DNA from: Phoronis australis
Taxonomy: Eukaryota > Animalia > Phoronida
NCBI GenBank assembly: GCA_002633005.1
Contig: NMRA01000482.1
Coordinates: forward strand, 77,462 to 141,461
Direction of reading: 5' to 3'
DNA: 64,000 bases
Part shown: piece after piece, positions 25,935-38,252 of the stretch
Position numbering within the stretch: position 1 is the stretch's first letter
Layout: every line of letters starts with the position of its first letter
Position numbers and translations under genes: made by a program
Notes under the pieces: generated by a model
Told to the model about the DNA's origin: nothing
Database searches by the model: none
Seen by the model: only the letters and a program-made list of their open reading frames with translations

Positions 25935-26939
25935 AAATCTTGAATTTCTGTTAATGTCCATTTTTTTTCTTTGTTGTCAAGTTTCAAAAAATAACGTGTC
26001 AATTGCGAGACAGTAACTTTCGTCTATTTTTCTCTCACAAGGCAAACCAAGTCTCCTTATTTGGCCTGGCAAGACATAGACGCAGCATCTTTCCCTTACA
26101 TGGAAAATTTGACCTTTGACGTTAACAAAAGAATGGCAATTTCAAGCAGCTGTCAGTCCGACCTTTTGGCACATGCGCACACACTCATGGGGGGAATATG
26201 AAAATGTGTTGGGGCGAAAGTTTTTATTTCGTCTGTGTTTCAAAAATATCGAATCTGGCGATTTTGCCTAGAAATTTTTGCTACATTCCGAGTAGATTCG
26301 CCACGATGTTTGTAAACGGTATTTTTACGAGTTTCCAGTTCCATGCCTCTTTAATGATCTCAAGAATGAATACACTACACTACTAACGTTCCCTTAATTT
26401 CCCCAGTAATCTTTTAGTTTTAAGTTGCACTAAAGAATATTAATAATATCAAATGAAAGCTATATTTAGATCCATATAGTGGAGTCTCTTTTAATGCAAA
26501 TCATGAAATTAAAATTGCTCTAAACCTGAATCGATATGAGATTATTGGAAATTGAAAACTACTCGATTACTGCCGTTGTCATTTCCAACCAGCAGCACGG
26601 ACCCATGGAAACCTAACAGCAGGATAACATTTCAGTACTTAGTTATTAATTCAGCACTTAAATCTCGGATCCATATGCACTTTTACATGTTTATTTTACA
26701 TTTTCTGGAAAAGAAAATACTTGCGAAAGGCAATGAAATCAAATTTCAAACGCATATTCTCTAGCATATTTTTCTGCTCTGGTTAGGGCGTCAACATGCT
26801 TTTGTGTCGATTTTCTTGGTTCATTTTCTGTAGGCCTAATTCATTGTTTGCTGCGTCTCAAGCTCATCTGTGCTTTCAATGACAAGGGATGTTTGATGGA
26901 GGACCATCACAGCGTTAACACTATGCAGCCCCAAAATTG

Positions 26940-27285
26940 CATAGGCGAATTTAGGGGGAGGGGGGCAGGGAGCCCGTCCCCCCATCCCCTAGGCTAGTGG
27001 AAAAACACAGTAAAAAGCAAGAGGGTACAGAAATATTGAGTTCATGAATTAACCCCGGTAATTACATGCGGCTGACGGGGGAGATCAGACCCCAGTGGAA
27101 GCCTCGGCGTACATGCACAGTCGTTTTCGTTTTTATTTTTAGTCCTTCGTTTGTATTTTAGTAGAAGGTCCAGAAATCTGATCCCCCTACCTTAGAAATT
27201 GGGTGAGCGCATACAATCGAGCTTCCTGCAGATACCCGAAACACAATGTTGGGCCCCGACTTATGATATCCTAGAACTGCCACTG
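26940..27285 (+). mobile_element. Mini TIR element of the CA...TG/5-bp TSD group
   Basis: Termini CATAGGCGAATTTAGG / CCTAGAACTGCCACTG; exact 5-bp TSD AATTG. Confidence 0.75.
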
Positions 27286-27571
27286 AATTGGCTGAAATTA
27301 ATAGCTTGATTGACAGTCAGAACTGTCCATGTTTTGGCAATCAAATTAAAGCATATGGTATCTGTAAAATTTTATTCCCCTAAGAGCACATTTACAGCAC
27401 AAATGAATTCCAACAATGATGCCAGCAAGAGATTTGCAAATTACAGTAGATTCGGGTTAATTTTGGAATGTTTCAGTAAGCAGATAAACTGCATTTCAGT
27501 ATACCGAGTCTACTCTAAACAACAAAACACAGTAAATCAAATGGAAATTACTCAAGTATATAAAATAGCAC

Positions 27572-29075
27572 AACAAGAGCAACGCAGAGCCTTGAAATGC
27601 GCCCACAATTGCACCGTATACGGTATCCTTCTAGGGTTGTTTATTGGTACCATGAAGTAGCCAGTAGAGGGCATTATATGTAGTATGTTGTACTTAGCAA
27701 AATGGAAAGGCATGGTCATTGTCTCCTCAATACGTTGAGGACCTTTGAGCATACAGAGGTAAACGAAAAAAATAAAATTGGCACTAGGTGGCACACCAGT
27801 AGTCAGCTCCGTCGGAACGTCATCGTCATCTGTTGTCAACATCATATAAATACACTTACTAAATTTGGTAAAGATCCTTCAAACGGTTTAAAAGATACAG
27901 CCACAGGCGCAAAAAAGTGCCACTAGGAGACGCCACAGTAGTCGAAATCGGCGGAAAATCATCATCAGCCGTCCACTTCATAGTAAGAACATACGTGCCA
28001 ACTTTCACCATCATCCCTTGAGCGGTTTGATTGATAGAGGGGTGGACGCAAAAAACAGACTCAAAAACAGTAAAATGGCCACTAGGTGGCGCAAACTACC
28101 TTGAATCCATCCGAAAACGGGAAGACAGTGTCATCTCACTAATATGTCCTCGGAAAATCATAATCAGCCATCCACTTCATAGTAAAAACATACATGCCAA
28201 TTTTCACAATTATCCTGAAAGTGCTTTGGTTGTAGATGAGTGGACGCCAAAAACAGATTCGAAAACAGTAAAAATGGCCACTAGGTGGTGCAAACTAGGT
28301 CGAATCCATCTGAAAATGGAGAGATGGTGTAATCTCATTAACAGATGCCTGTATGCCCAATATTATGAAAATACGTTGAGGACCTTTGAATATAAAGAGG
28401 TAAGCGTAAAAAAATAAAATTGCCACTAGGTGGCACACCAGTAGTCAGTCCTGTCTGAAAGTCGTCGTCCTCTGTTGCTAACATGATATAAATGCCCTTA
28501 CTAAATTTAGATCTAAATTAAGATCATGCATACGTTCTAGGAGATACAGCCATAGGCGCAAAAAAACAAAACTGCCACTAGGAGGTGCCACAGTAGTCGA
28601 AGCCGTCGTAAAATCATTGTCAGCTGTTGCCTTTATAGTAAGAACATACATGCCAATTTTCACAATCATCCATTGAGCGGTTTGGTTGATAGAGGGGTGG
28701 ACGCAAAAAACAGACTCGAAAACAGTAAAAATGGCCACCAAGTGGCGCAAACTATGTTGAATTCATCCGAAAACGGGAGTATGGCTTCACCTCACTAATA
28801 GGTGCCTATATACCAAATTTTATGAAAATCCCTTGAGGACTTTTAAAGATACAGAGGTAAACATAAAAATCTAAAATTGCCACTAGGGGGCACACCGGTA
28901 GTTGGATCCGTCCAAAAGTTCGCTCATGCTGTCCCATCCACGGAAGGAACAAATGTGCAATTAAATTTCATGACCATGCGTCAAGGCGTTTTGGAGATAG
29001 AGCAGCAGACGCCGGACGGACGGACGGAGATGATGGCATAATGCGTCCACATATAAATATGTGGGCGCATAAAAA
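27572..29075 (-). mobile_element. Helentron-associated non-autonomous element (HINE/DINE-1-like) with an internal tandem repeat array
   Basis: Subterminal inverted repeats ATGCGCCCAC (27597-27606) / GTGGGCGCAT (29061-29070). Terminal stem-loop ATGCGTCCACATAT-AA-ATATGTGGGCGCAT next to AAAAA, (GGAC)n microsatellite at ~29013-29028, and a central array of degenerate units carrying GCCACTAGGTGGC. Confidence 0.8.
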
Positions 29076-29319
29076 TTATGATAAAGTCAGTTAGAGTGCA
29101 ATAAAATGAGTGGAAACAAAACAAAACAAAATAGCAAGTACAACTATCATGTTATAACCCTGTTATTACTAATACTTAACCACAGGCAAATGGTAATTGC
29201 CTGTAATTTTGAAGAAAAACTACTACTTGACAAAATCATACCCTAAAAACAAACCACAGTTTTATCAAAACAGGATATCACACACTGTTTAACGGGAATA
29301 ATAATAATAATTTGTATCC

Positions 29320-30220
29320 TGTACCATCATGCAGACCTGGCTGTGATGACAATGATAGGACATCAGAGAAACACAGGATTCGTGACTCTCGGAAAAGGTG
29401 TGGATACCCGCGTTAGGCTTTTAGAAAGGCTCCTCATATAACACCCAGATTGGAAATCAACAACATTGACGCTCCTCAACCAGATCAACCACGAAGAAAG
29501 ACTTTCTGAGTAATTACGATCTGTGTTCAGGACATTTGACATTACCACGTCTTTCAAACCAGTTGGCACTTTGAGACAAAATCTAATGCAGGCTAAGGAC
29601 AAACAACCTAATGCTAAGGAAAAGATCGCTTTTGTGCTCAGTGTGGAAAGTGCCCTGAAACTTATGTAGGTGAAAATATGCAGTCCTTTATGATAACTAT
29701 AATGGAATGTGTTTATATCCTGTAGTTACATAATATTTTATCCTGTTGTTGTTTATGGTTTACTGGTTCCTGTTTTGTAGTAGTCAGTACTGTATTAGTC
29801 TTATATTCCTAGAACCTATTGACTTCCTGTACATTTCTGTATATATTCTATTATTTGTTGATATCAAAACACTTTTAGTTCGACAGCCAACTGGGCAACT
29901 TTTTTTATCTCCAATGACTTTTCACTTTAAGGCACGGTTCCGCCAACATCGTCGTCCTAGCTACTGTGACACTTATGACTTTGCCGTATTTACCCATTGC
30001 CATGGATCTGGTCACCGCTGTGACCTTGACGATGTAATAATCCTTAACAAGAATTGGATTGAACGAGGAGTCAAGTAGTGTACACACTAAAGAATTGAAA
30101 ATCTATCTTTGAACCAAAGAGTAGGCTTGAGATTCAACCTATTACACACCTGGGACAAGTTACCTGCCAGAGGTCGCACAGGCTTGAAAAAGCCAGCAGA
30201 GGCTGGTGAAACGTTGCCTT
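29320..30220 (+). mobile_element. Decayed Penelope-like retroelement 3' region (GIY-YIG endonuclease), interrupted at ~29700-29915
   Basis: Translations ..RTFDITTSFKPVGTLRQNL..KDK, CGKCPETYVGE, KARFRQHRR..AVFTHCHGSGH..DDVIILNKNWIERGVK..LNQRVGLRFNL..TW are the typical PLE GIY-YIG blocks. Confidence 0.8.
30180..30219 (+). ncRNA. Hammerhead-ribozyme-like motif at the PLE 3' end (variant core)
   Basis: AGGC-TTGAAAAA-GCCAGC(AGAG)GCTGGT-GAAACGTT-GCCT gives stem I, stem II, GAAA and a palindromic minimal stem III. The core deviates from CUGANGA. Confidence 0.5.
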
Positions 30221-31332
30221 TTATCTCATGTAAGTTCAGTAATGAGTCATAATTTTCTGCATATCAATATTTCATATGTTTAGCGGTAATAATACCAATA
30301 TTTAAGTCTGCATTTATACATAGGCCAATCACTTTTGACAAGTATTACCCAGGATTTGGATCTATGTATGATGCAATGGTAAAACAAACCCAACAATAAC
30401 ATTTTATAGATCTATCAAAAGCATTTAACATCAACCAGCATAAACACACCTAGGGACTTGGTTTACAGCTATGTAGGATCCTCAAAAAATTCCAAACTTG
30501 GCGAACTTCGTATCATCATATTTCAGAAAGAACTGATTCGGGATTTGGTTCATTTGAAACTTTCAGATTACATAATCCTTTATCCAATGTTCTCTAAAAC
30601 ACTGTTAGGATTGTTTTTAAAATGTATAGAAATTTGGTTGTGATTCCACTGTTCTGCAAAGAATGTACCTTTCTTTTTTGACAATTTTACTAAAAAGACA
30701 TGGTCAGTGACCCTCATTTTACAAAGTCAATCACGTCTTCCTACTTTCAGAAAATATGTAATTTTACTCACAGTTGAAATCTTTAGTTTAATTAATTTGT
30801 AAATGTTTGGGTAAACACACAGACTAGCCAATAAGGCCCTACACAACTATAAGAACAGAACTTAGCGACTGGTATTAATTGGAGAATAAGCAATATTCAC
30901 AATCGATAACCACTATATGAACTGCATGCCAATATACGAGATACAGCAGTTTTAGTCACAGAACCTGTGATGACACAACTCCTACTTGACAGCACATAAA
31001 TCAGAACAAGGTTCTCATATGTCTAATCAATTGTTGACATTTGTTTTTTCTTTGCATACAACTAGCTTACACAGTGCATGTATATCAGTTGTATTACATC
31101 TTAGCATTTCTGAACAACATTGTACATAAATAGGAACAATTGGCAGCTGACTGGAATGATTCAAAGACATGCACCCTGCAGTCTAACGCTAAAACTTAGA
31201 GCAACTGCTGTGTCACATTGATATTATGCAGAAATTAATACAACACGGAGATCTACAACTCTGCACCCATACTTGTATTAGGAATGTTTCATAAGTAATA
31301 CCCACATGGTTTTATAGGAAGCACCATCATCT

Positions 31333-31555
31333 TCAGGCAGCAATTTCATTGTCCACAAGTTCTGCCTCTGAGTCACTGTCCACTAACATTGTGCTGTTAT
31401 TACCCGCAGCATCATAAGATGCCTGTTGGTTTTGCCTCTTTGTCTGCTCATAGATGTCAGCATTGGGGTCTTGTATATCTCTGTACTGCATCGTGTCATT
31501 GGCCAGATGGGGTCGCTGATTGACGGGTTGGTGGCGCCCCTTGGAGTCAATACAT
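31333..31555 (-). CDS. FN2-CUB-Sushi membrane protein: last exon, cytoplasmic tail
   Basis: Acceptor ctctgtttcag|A (phase 2, fits the TM exon). (R)CIDSKGRHQPVNQRPHLANDTMQYRDIQDPNADIYEQTKRQNQQASYDAAG...ELVDNEIAA*. Confidence 0.75.
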
Positions 31556-32569
31556 CTGAAACAGAGTCATGTACTTGAAAAACAGAGCTTCAATAATGAA
31601 TCTTAACACCCAAAGGCACACAGTAAATGACAAAGACTGCATTTTATTGTCAACGTTTCTTATGTCAAAATCAAAAAAAAACTTAAAAATGAAAAAATCA
31701 GCTTCGAATGTTTTAGCAGCAAGTAGATTTTCCTGAAATTTCTGTAAAGCCAAGCACTGTAAATGCTGGAGATGCATTCTGCACAGACATGATGAGTGCA
31801 CAATTTTTGTAAATAATCATTTTGCATAAGTAACAAAACTAATAAAATTAAAACACTCCATGACTTGCGATTAAAACTGCAGCACCATTTTGATTTGTCT
31901 TCCAACAACATAAATAATTCTAAATACTAAACAATCTCTCACATTTTGTACTTAATGCCAAATTATGTCATAGCTTTTAACAGAAACAATTTCACCCAAA
32001 AATAACTCAGGACAGAACTGAAAATTCTAAGTCATTTGAACCTGTGAGTACGCGTCTGAAATGACCATACATGTCAAACATTTTTACTCTGACCATAGAA
32101 ACGTAGTATAGATCTTCCAGACCCAGCGGCGGTGGTTGCCCAACAACAAACCCCCACCACCACCTCTGTGACTCATTTCCCAACCCCTTCCTCTTGGGTC
32201 ACTAACTTTGCTGAGCTCCCCTATAGCCTAGTTTACCGCAAAAAACATATTTTTGACACAATGGTAAAACAGTGTAGCCATTGCAACACTAGAGTATATT
32301 AACACTACAGCATACAGGGCTCTCGCTCACCTGAGCGGAAAGGTGTCCGTGCCTTCTGATAGGGGGTATTTTTGAGCAAGGAGAACCCCCCAGTTAAACA
32401 CTAGTGAGACCTTTTGTTACAACAGAGTAATATTGAAAAACTTACAAGTGAGTAGCCTTCCCTGACAAACCTCTGATTTTATAAAGTCACATTTGTTCAA
32501 TTCAGTGGAAAGAGGGCCCAGCTGTTGTATCAGCATAGATAACAAGACTGAATGCTACATTTTACCTAC

Positions 32570-32675
32570 CTTTCCCACAGTGAATGAGCTATCCTCGTCC
32601 GTGTTAAAACAACAATAAGGAAAAGGATACAGCCACAAACTATCACCACAGAGATCATGCCTGCCACTAGGGAAC
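32570..32675 (-). CDS. FN2-CUB-Sushi membrane protein: transmembrane exon
   Basis: attacag|GT ... AG|gtaggt; (G)SLVAGMISVVIVCGCILFLIVVLTRTRIAHSLWE(R) is a hydrophobic helix followed by basic stop-transfer residues. Confidence 0.8.
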
Positions 32676-33738
32676 CTGTAATATGAACGATATGGTGAAA
32701 TCTCAGGCAAAAATAATAGCAAAACGCTTTTTTCTTTTTCAAGTTCTTTTCACATTGTTGATAATGTGTGCAATTTTTCAAAATATTTTCTGATGTTTGC
32801 TTTGGTATAGAGCATGAAGGAGGGCACTGTTGCACAAGCATGTCGACTCAGTGATTATGCTCCACATAATATCTCAAATATCACCAAATATACGGATAGC
32901 CAAGCCTTACAAATTTGTGCACAGCTGTACTAAGACCTAGAAGGTTGATCATATTCCCTGTGTAGTCTAAAGGGTGACAAAAGGTTGTTTAAGACGGACA
33001 GCGATGTTATTCCTTGCTTTAGTAGCCACATAAGGGTTGCCAGTGTATGAAAACCCTGTTTGGCCAGGAGTTGTTGAATTTGTCTCAGAAGTTTTGTGAT
33101 TGTCATTTTGTTGTCAAGAGTGACCTAAATGCTATAGCAGGAAAATTGCAATAGGCCTACTATATTTTGGATGACAGTGCAGATTTCTTGCCTTGTCAAG
33201 ACTGGTGCAATAGTGATACATTTTGCTCACCCAGGCAGGCTAAGGATGAAACTGTCAATAATTGGGCAAAAGCTTAATTGACATGTTACAGAACATGAAC
33301 ACGATAATTTGAAGCTACATTTCTTTAATACAAAAAAAAAACGAGTAAAAACTTCAATAGTCCACCAAATTGAGTCACAAATTAGTGATATTTTGCTACT
33401 TAGTAACCACAATCTTGACGAAAGATACTTAAATTATTGGGAAGCAACTAAAAAATTTCTGCTAGATTTTATTTTGCGGTTACCAGACACTTATTATGTT
33501 TCCTTCAATCAGGATAAGTGGGTGAAAGGAAAAAGCTGCTGGGACATTTGCAGACTAATGCTTTCAGTTTCAACACTTTTTGGATTGTGCAGTGACGTGA
33601 TAAACGTTTGTTCCCTCAGAGCAGTTGACAGTTGTGATCCTATTCAGGCTACAGATATGTGTGAGTTACTGGAGATGCAGAATACACCATGAATGGTTTG
33701 TTGCTGATACAGCTCCCTGTAAATGTACGTGCAGTTTG

Positions 33739-35055
33739 GCAATAGGTAGGTGCATGATATCCATCAAATGTTCATTCATATTGCAATAAGTATGTGCATG
33801 ATATCCATCAAATGTTAATTCATATTGCAATAGGTATGTGCATGATATCCATCAAATGTTAATTCATATTGCAATAGGTATGTGCATGATATCCATCAAA
33901 TGTTCATTCATATTGCAATAGGTATGTGCATGATATCCATCAAATGTTAATTCATATTGCAATAGGTATGTGCATGATATCCATCAAATGTTAATTCATA
34001 TTGCAATAGGTATGTGCATGATATCCATCAAATGTTAATTCATATTGCAATAGGTATGTGCATGATATCCATCAAATGTTAATTCATATTGCAATAGGTA
34101 TGTGCATGATATCCATCAAATGTTAATTCATATTGCAATAGGTATGTGCATGATATCCATCAAATGTTAATTCATATTGCAATAGGTATGTGCATGATAT
34201 CCATCAAATGTTAATTCATATTGCAATAGGTATGTGCATGATATCCATCAAATGTTAATTCATATTGCAATAGGTATGTGCATGATATCCATCAAATGTT
34301 AATTCATATTGCAATAGGTATGTGCATGATATCCATCAAATGTTAATTCATATTGCAATAGGTATGTGCATGATATCCATCAAATGTTAATTCATATTGC
34401 AATAGGTATGTGCATGATATCCATCAAATGTTCATTCATATTGCAATAGGTATGTGCATGATATCCATCAAATGTTAATTCATATTGCAATAGGTATGTG
34501 CATGATATCCATCAAATGTTAATTCATATTGCAATAGGTATGTGCATGATATCCATCAAATGTTAATTCATATTGCAATAGGTATGTGCATGATATCCAT
34601 CAAATGTTAATTCATATTGCAATAGGTATGTGCATGATATCCATCAAATGTTAATTCATATTGCAATAGGTATGTGCATGATATCCATCAAATGTTAATT
34701 CATATTGCAATAGGTATGTGCATGATATCCATCAAATGTTAATTCATATTGCAATAGGTATGTGCATGATATCCATCAAATGTTAATTCATATTGCAATA
34801 GGTATGTGCATGATATCCATCAAATGTTAATTCATATTGCAATAGGTATGTGCATGATATCCATCAAATGTTAATTCATATTGCAATAGGTATGTGCATG
34901 ATATCCATCAAATGTTAATTCATATTGCAATAGGTATGTGCATGATATCCATCAAATGTTAATTCATATTGCAATAGGTATGTGCATGATATCCATCAAA
35001 TGTTAATTCATATTGCAATAGGTATGTGCATGATATCCATCAAATGTTAATTCAT
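33739..35055. repeat. Intronic 44-bp minisatellite, ~30 near-perfect copies, ending at an N gap
   Basis: Unit TATGTGCATGATATCCATCAAATGTTAATTCATATTGCAATAGG; period 44 measured from 33791 to 33835. Confidence 0.97.
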
Positions 35056-35056
35056 N

Positions 35057-35418
35057 TTACACCACACAACGCCAAGTATACCACACAGCACTATGTAACA
35101 CCACACAACACCAAGTATACCACACAGCACTATGTAACACCACACAACACCAAGTATACCACACAGCACTATGTTACATCTCACAACACCAAGTATACCA
35201 CACAGCACTAACCACACAACACCATGTACAACACACAGCACTATGTAACACCACACAACACCAAGTATACCACACAGCACTATGTTACACCTCACAACAC
35301 CAAGTATACCACACAGCAATATGTTACACCACACAACACCAAGTATACCACACAGCAATATGTTACATCTCACAACACCAAGTATACCACACAGCACTAT
35401 GTTACATCTCACAACACA
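35057..35418. repeat. Intronic 39-bp minisatellite, ~9 copies
   Basis: Unit ACCACACAACACCAAGTATACCACACAGCACTATGTAAC with variants. Confidence 0.95.
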
Positions 35419-35494
35419 AGTTCAGTAAATGCAAAGACTATCACACCATTTACAGGGCATTAATTACGCACACTACTGTCCATATTCCACTTAC

Positions 35495-35674
35495 CACAGT
35501 TCGGTTCGCTATTCGACCAGGTGCCGTCAGCCCGACATGTCATGGATGCATTGCCCTCAAGTATACGATGCTTGGAGCAACTGAAGTGTACAGTGTCACC
35601 GTAGATAAACTGCTTCACAGATTTATGCTTCAAAAACGTAAAGTTTTTCACTTGAGGTAATGGGCACGTGACCA
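35495..35674 (-). CDS. FN2-CUB-Sushi membrane protein: Sushi/CCP domain 2 exon
   Basis: ttttttcag|TG ... G|gtaagt, phase 1-1, 180 nt. VTCPLP..FIYGDTVHFSCSKHRILEGNASMTCRADGTWSNSEPNC is a canonical CCP pattern (C-P, YG..V.F.C, G...C..G.W...P.C). Confidence 0.92.
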
Positions 35675-37008
35675 CTGAAAAAAGAGCAGACGAGGCTTGG
35701 GCTGAACTGAGACTCAGCGCAACTGTTACTTGACATAATTCTCATTGGAGATCATCCGGACAATTAATTTCAAGAGAAAGTTGCTTGAGTGTGACACTGA
35801 ATACGCTGAAAGTAACTACTTACCTTCATTAGCAGGGATAAGAGTTCTTGGATAGTATCGAGTTGTATTAAACATTACGCAGTCGTATTGTAAGACAAAT
35901 GCATGTTACTGGCATTCTGGTATCACTGGACTGGACTATGCTTCATGTACACAGGGTTTTACATTGACTGTGTGACTTTAAGGCACTGCACAATGAGCCA
36001 AAAGAACCATTTCAAAATATTCTTCTACAGTCAACAATGTGTTTATGCCAAAGTATAGTAAGGGGTCGCTGGAGCTGACTGCTGGAAGTAAGCTGCATGT
36101 TTTGGGAGGTCAAAGTGCTCTCAGAACTGAAGGTCAACTAGAGGATTTTTCTCCACTTGGTGAAATGGATATGAAGCAAAAGAATGTTCAGTGTATTAAT
36201 ACTCACCAAGTCAAATTGCTTTGACACACTTAGAAAATCCCAAACGGTCTAACCAGATACATTTCACCTCTTTTTACCTTCCTCTAACAACAACGAATCA
36301 AATCATCTGCCATCTTTTACTCTTACTTTTTACCTAATAACGTCATGTAGTGACCCGAATGCCAGCCAATGAGCCCAGTGAATGCTTTAGTTCATTAGTT
36401 CACCAATAGGCTAAATACTGCAAATAGCGGATTGATACGCGAAAAGTAATCTTTGAGTGAATATCAAGTTCTTTCAAAGGGCTTGATTTCTGTGCATATT
36501 GATTTTGCAGTATTATTTCATAAGATAAATGTGTTCACGTGATCGCAATTTTGACACGTGCGGGGTAATGTTTGATGTGCGCTTCGAGTGAGATATGTAT
36601 GGCACTTGATTCTACACTTTCACCTCCAACAAACTTCCAACCCTATTTAAGGGTTGACTAGTGTCAAGTTCTGCCCCATGCCTATTTAGCTCTTCCCTTG
36701 AACTGAAACGGGTTACAATAAAATGCCTGGAACTACACTTGTTATTCTCCTGACCAGTTGAAACTATCCAATCATGACAAGCAACACAATGGGCCTGGTA
36801 TGAAGCAATAACCAACAACCAGACATTCTTCTAAAGTTTGGAAATTATTTCTAGTCTGTGTTCGGAAAAAGGTAAAGCCATTTATGCATCAGCACATCAA
36901 AAGTTGTCTTTGATATTTATGTAGTCACGTCTATTGAATATTTAAGCGTGCTTGCAATTTCCAGGATGTGAAAATTTCCACCATAACCCTTAGCAAAGAC
37001 ACACATAC

Positions 37009-37191
37009 CCACACATTCACCAGGTGGTGCTGACCACTGGCCAGTATTCTCGTCACATGTAAGGACCTTAGACCGCTCATCTCTCAGCTTGTATCCGTTA
37101 GAGCACGAATACTGGACATAGCTACTGTTCACTATGTCAATGAATGTGTAGTCATGGTATAAAAGAGAGGAAGCTGAACAAGCTCCAAAAA
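37009..37191 (-). CDS. FN2-CUB-Sushi membrane protein: Sushi/CCP domain 1 exon
   Basis: catttcag|TT ... G|gtatgt, phase 1-1, 183 nt. GACS..VQYSCSNGYKL..LTCDENTGQWSAPPGEC. Confidence 0.9.
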
Positions 37192-37826
37192 CTGAAATGA
37201 ACAAAGTATGAACAATGATCAACAACTTTTTCACTACAAATTAGTTGCGGATGTGTAACTAAGTTTGGTATTACTGAACCACATGTAATGTTGTCATTGT
37301 GGATCACACAAAAAGGTTTTGAAGATTCATGCCAAATTAAACATCATACTCAAATGAAGCAAAAACGAGAGGACTGGAAAGTGGCCTGTTTGAAACACAT
37401 TGCCGGTTACAAAAACAAAAACAATTTATAATTTAAAGAGGAAAAATCAAGTTTCCACGAAATACATTGGCAGCACTTGTCATGCACAATGGTGGCAGCA
37501 CTTGTCATGCACAATGATGGCAGCAAACAACTGTGCATTCTGTGTAATCCTCTGTGGCATGATGCACAATACAATGACAGCAAACAATGCTCGAACCTGT
37601 GGATTATTGTACCTTATGTAACAAACGATATACTAAGTTGGTTTCAGTGGATTAGCAAGTTAGTGCTTTGATCTTGTTCAAATACTTTCACAGTTCACAC
37701 ATTTCAATACCTTAACCACAGGTACGGGCATGAATGATGTATTACATAAAGTAGATGACTCCTAATACCAATACAGATACTGCATAGTAAAGGAAATTCT
37801 TTATTTCTGAACGATAACTGTCATAC

Positions 37827-38252
37827 CGTCATAATCCAAGACAAAGCCCCTAAAATCTCTGTTGGTCAGGTTGAGTCGTAACAGTACAAAGTTGTTATCG
37901 TCGCTGAGTGTGGGGTTCGTTAGCACTGAATGCATCGCAGTTCCATTTGGGCGACACAATTCCAGTGATGTTGGCGTTGACGTATGAATTTCCAAATTGT
38001 TGTACGTGTCCTTCCCACTTGTACTCAGTTGACTGTTTACAGTTTTGGCTCCAATCATGGGGCATCTTTCGTCAAGATCTAGGAACCGAAACTGGATCCT
38101 TATGGATTGAAATTTGAAAGATTTTATTACAAAAGAGCAAGTTATGTACGGATGTTTTTTATCAAATGTCTTGATATTATGGAAGGAAGCATAGATCTGT
38201 CCACTAGGATGTGGCATCCTTTTGGGTTTACAGAAATCCACAGCAGAAGACT
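37827..38252 (-). CDS. FN2-CUB-Sushi membrane protein: CUB-like domain exon
   Basis: cttttcag|AG ... G|gtatga, phase 1-1, 426 nt. C..SGQI..TCSFVIK..IRIQFRFLDL..C..NLEIH..LC..NFVLLRL..RGFVLDY fits a CUB pattern. Confidence 0.8.

Noticed and set aside
33739-35418. Regular repeat arrays as a possible CRISPR array, and the repetitive ORFs 35026-35463
   Set aside because: Units are contiguous with no unique spacers, there are no cas genes, and the context is a eukaryotic intron. The ORFs are translations of the 39-bp minisatellite.
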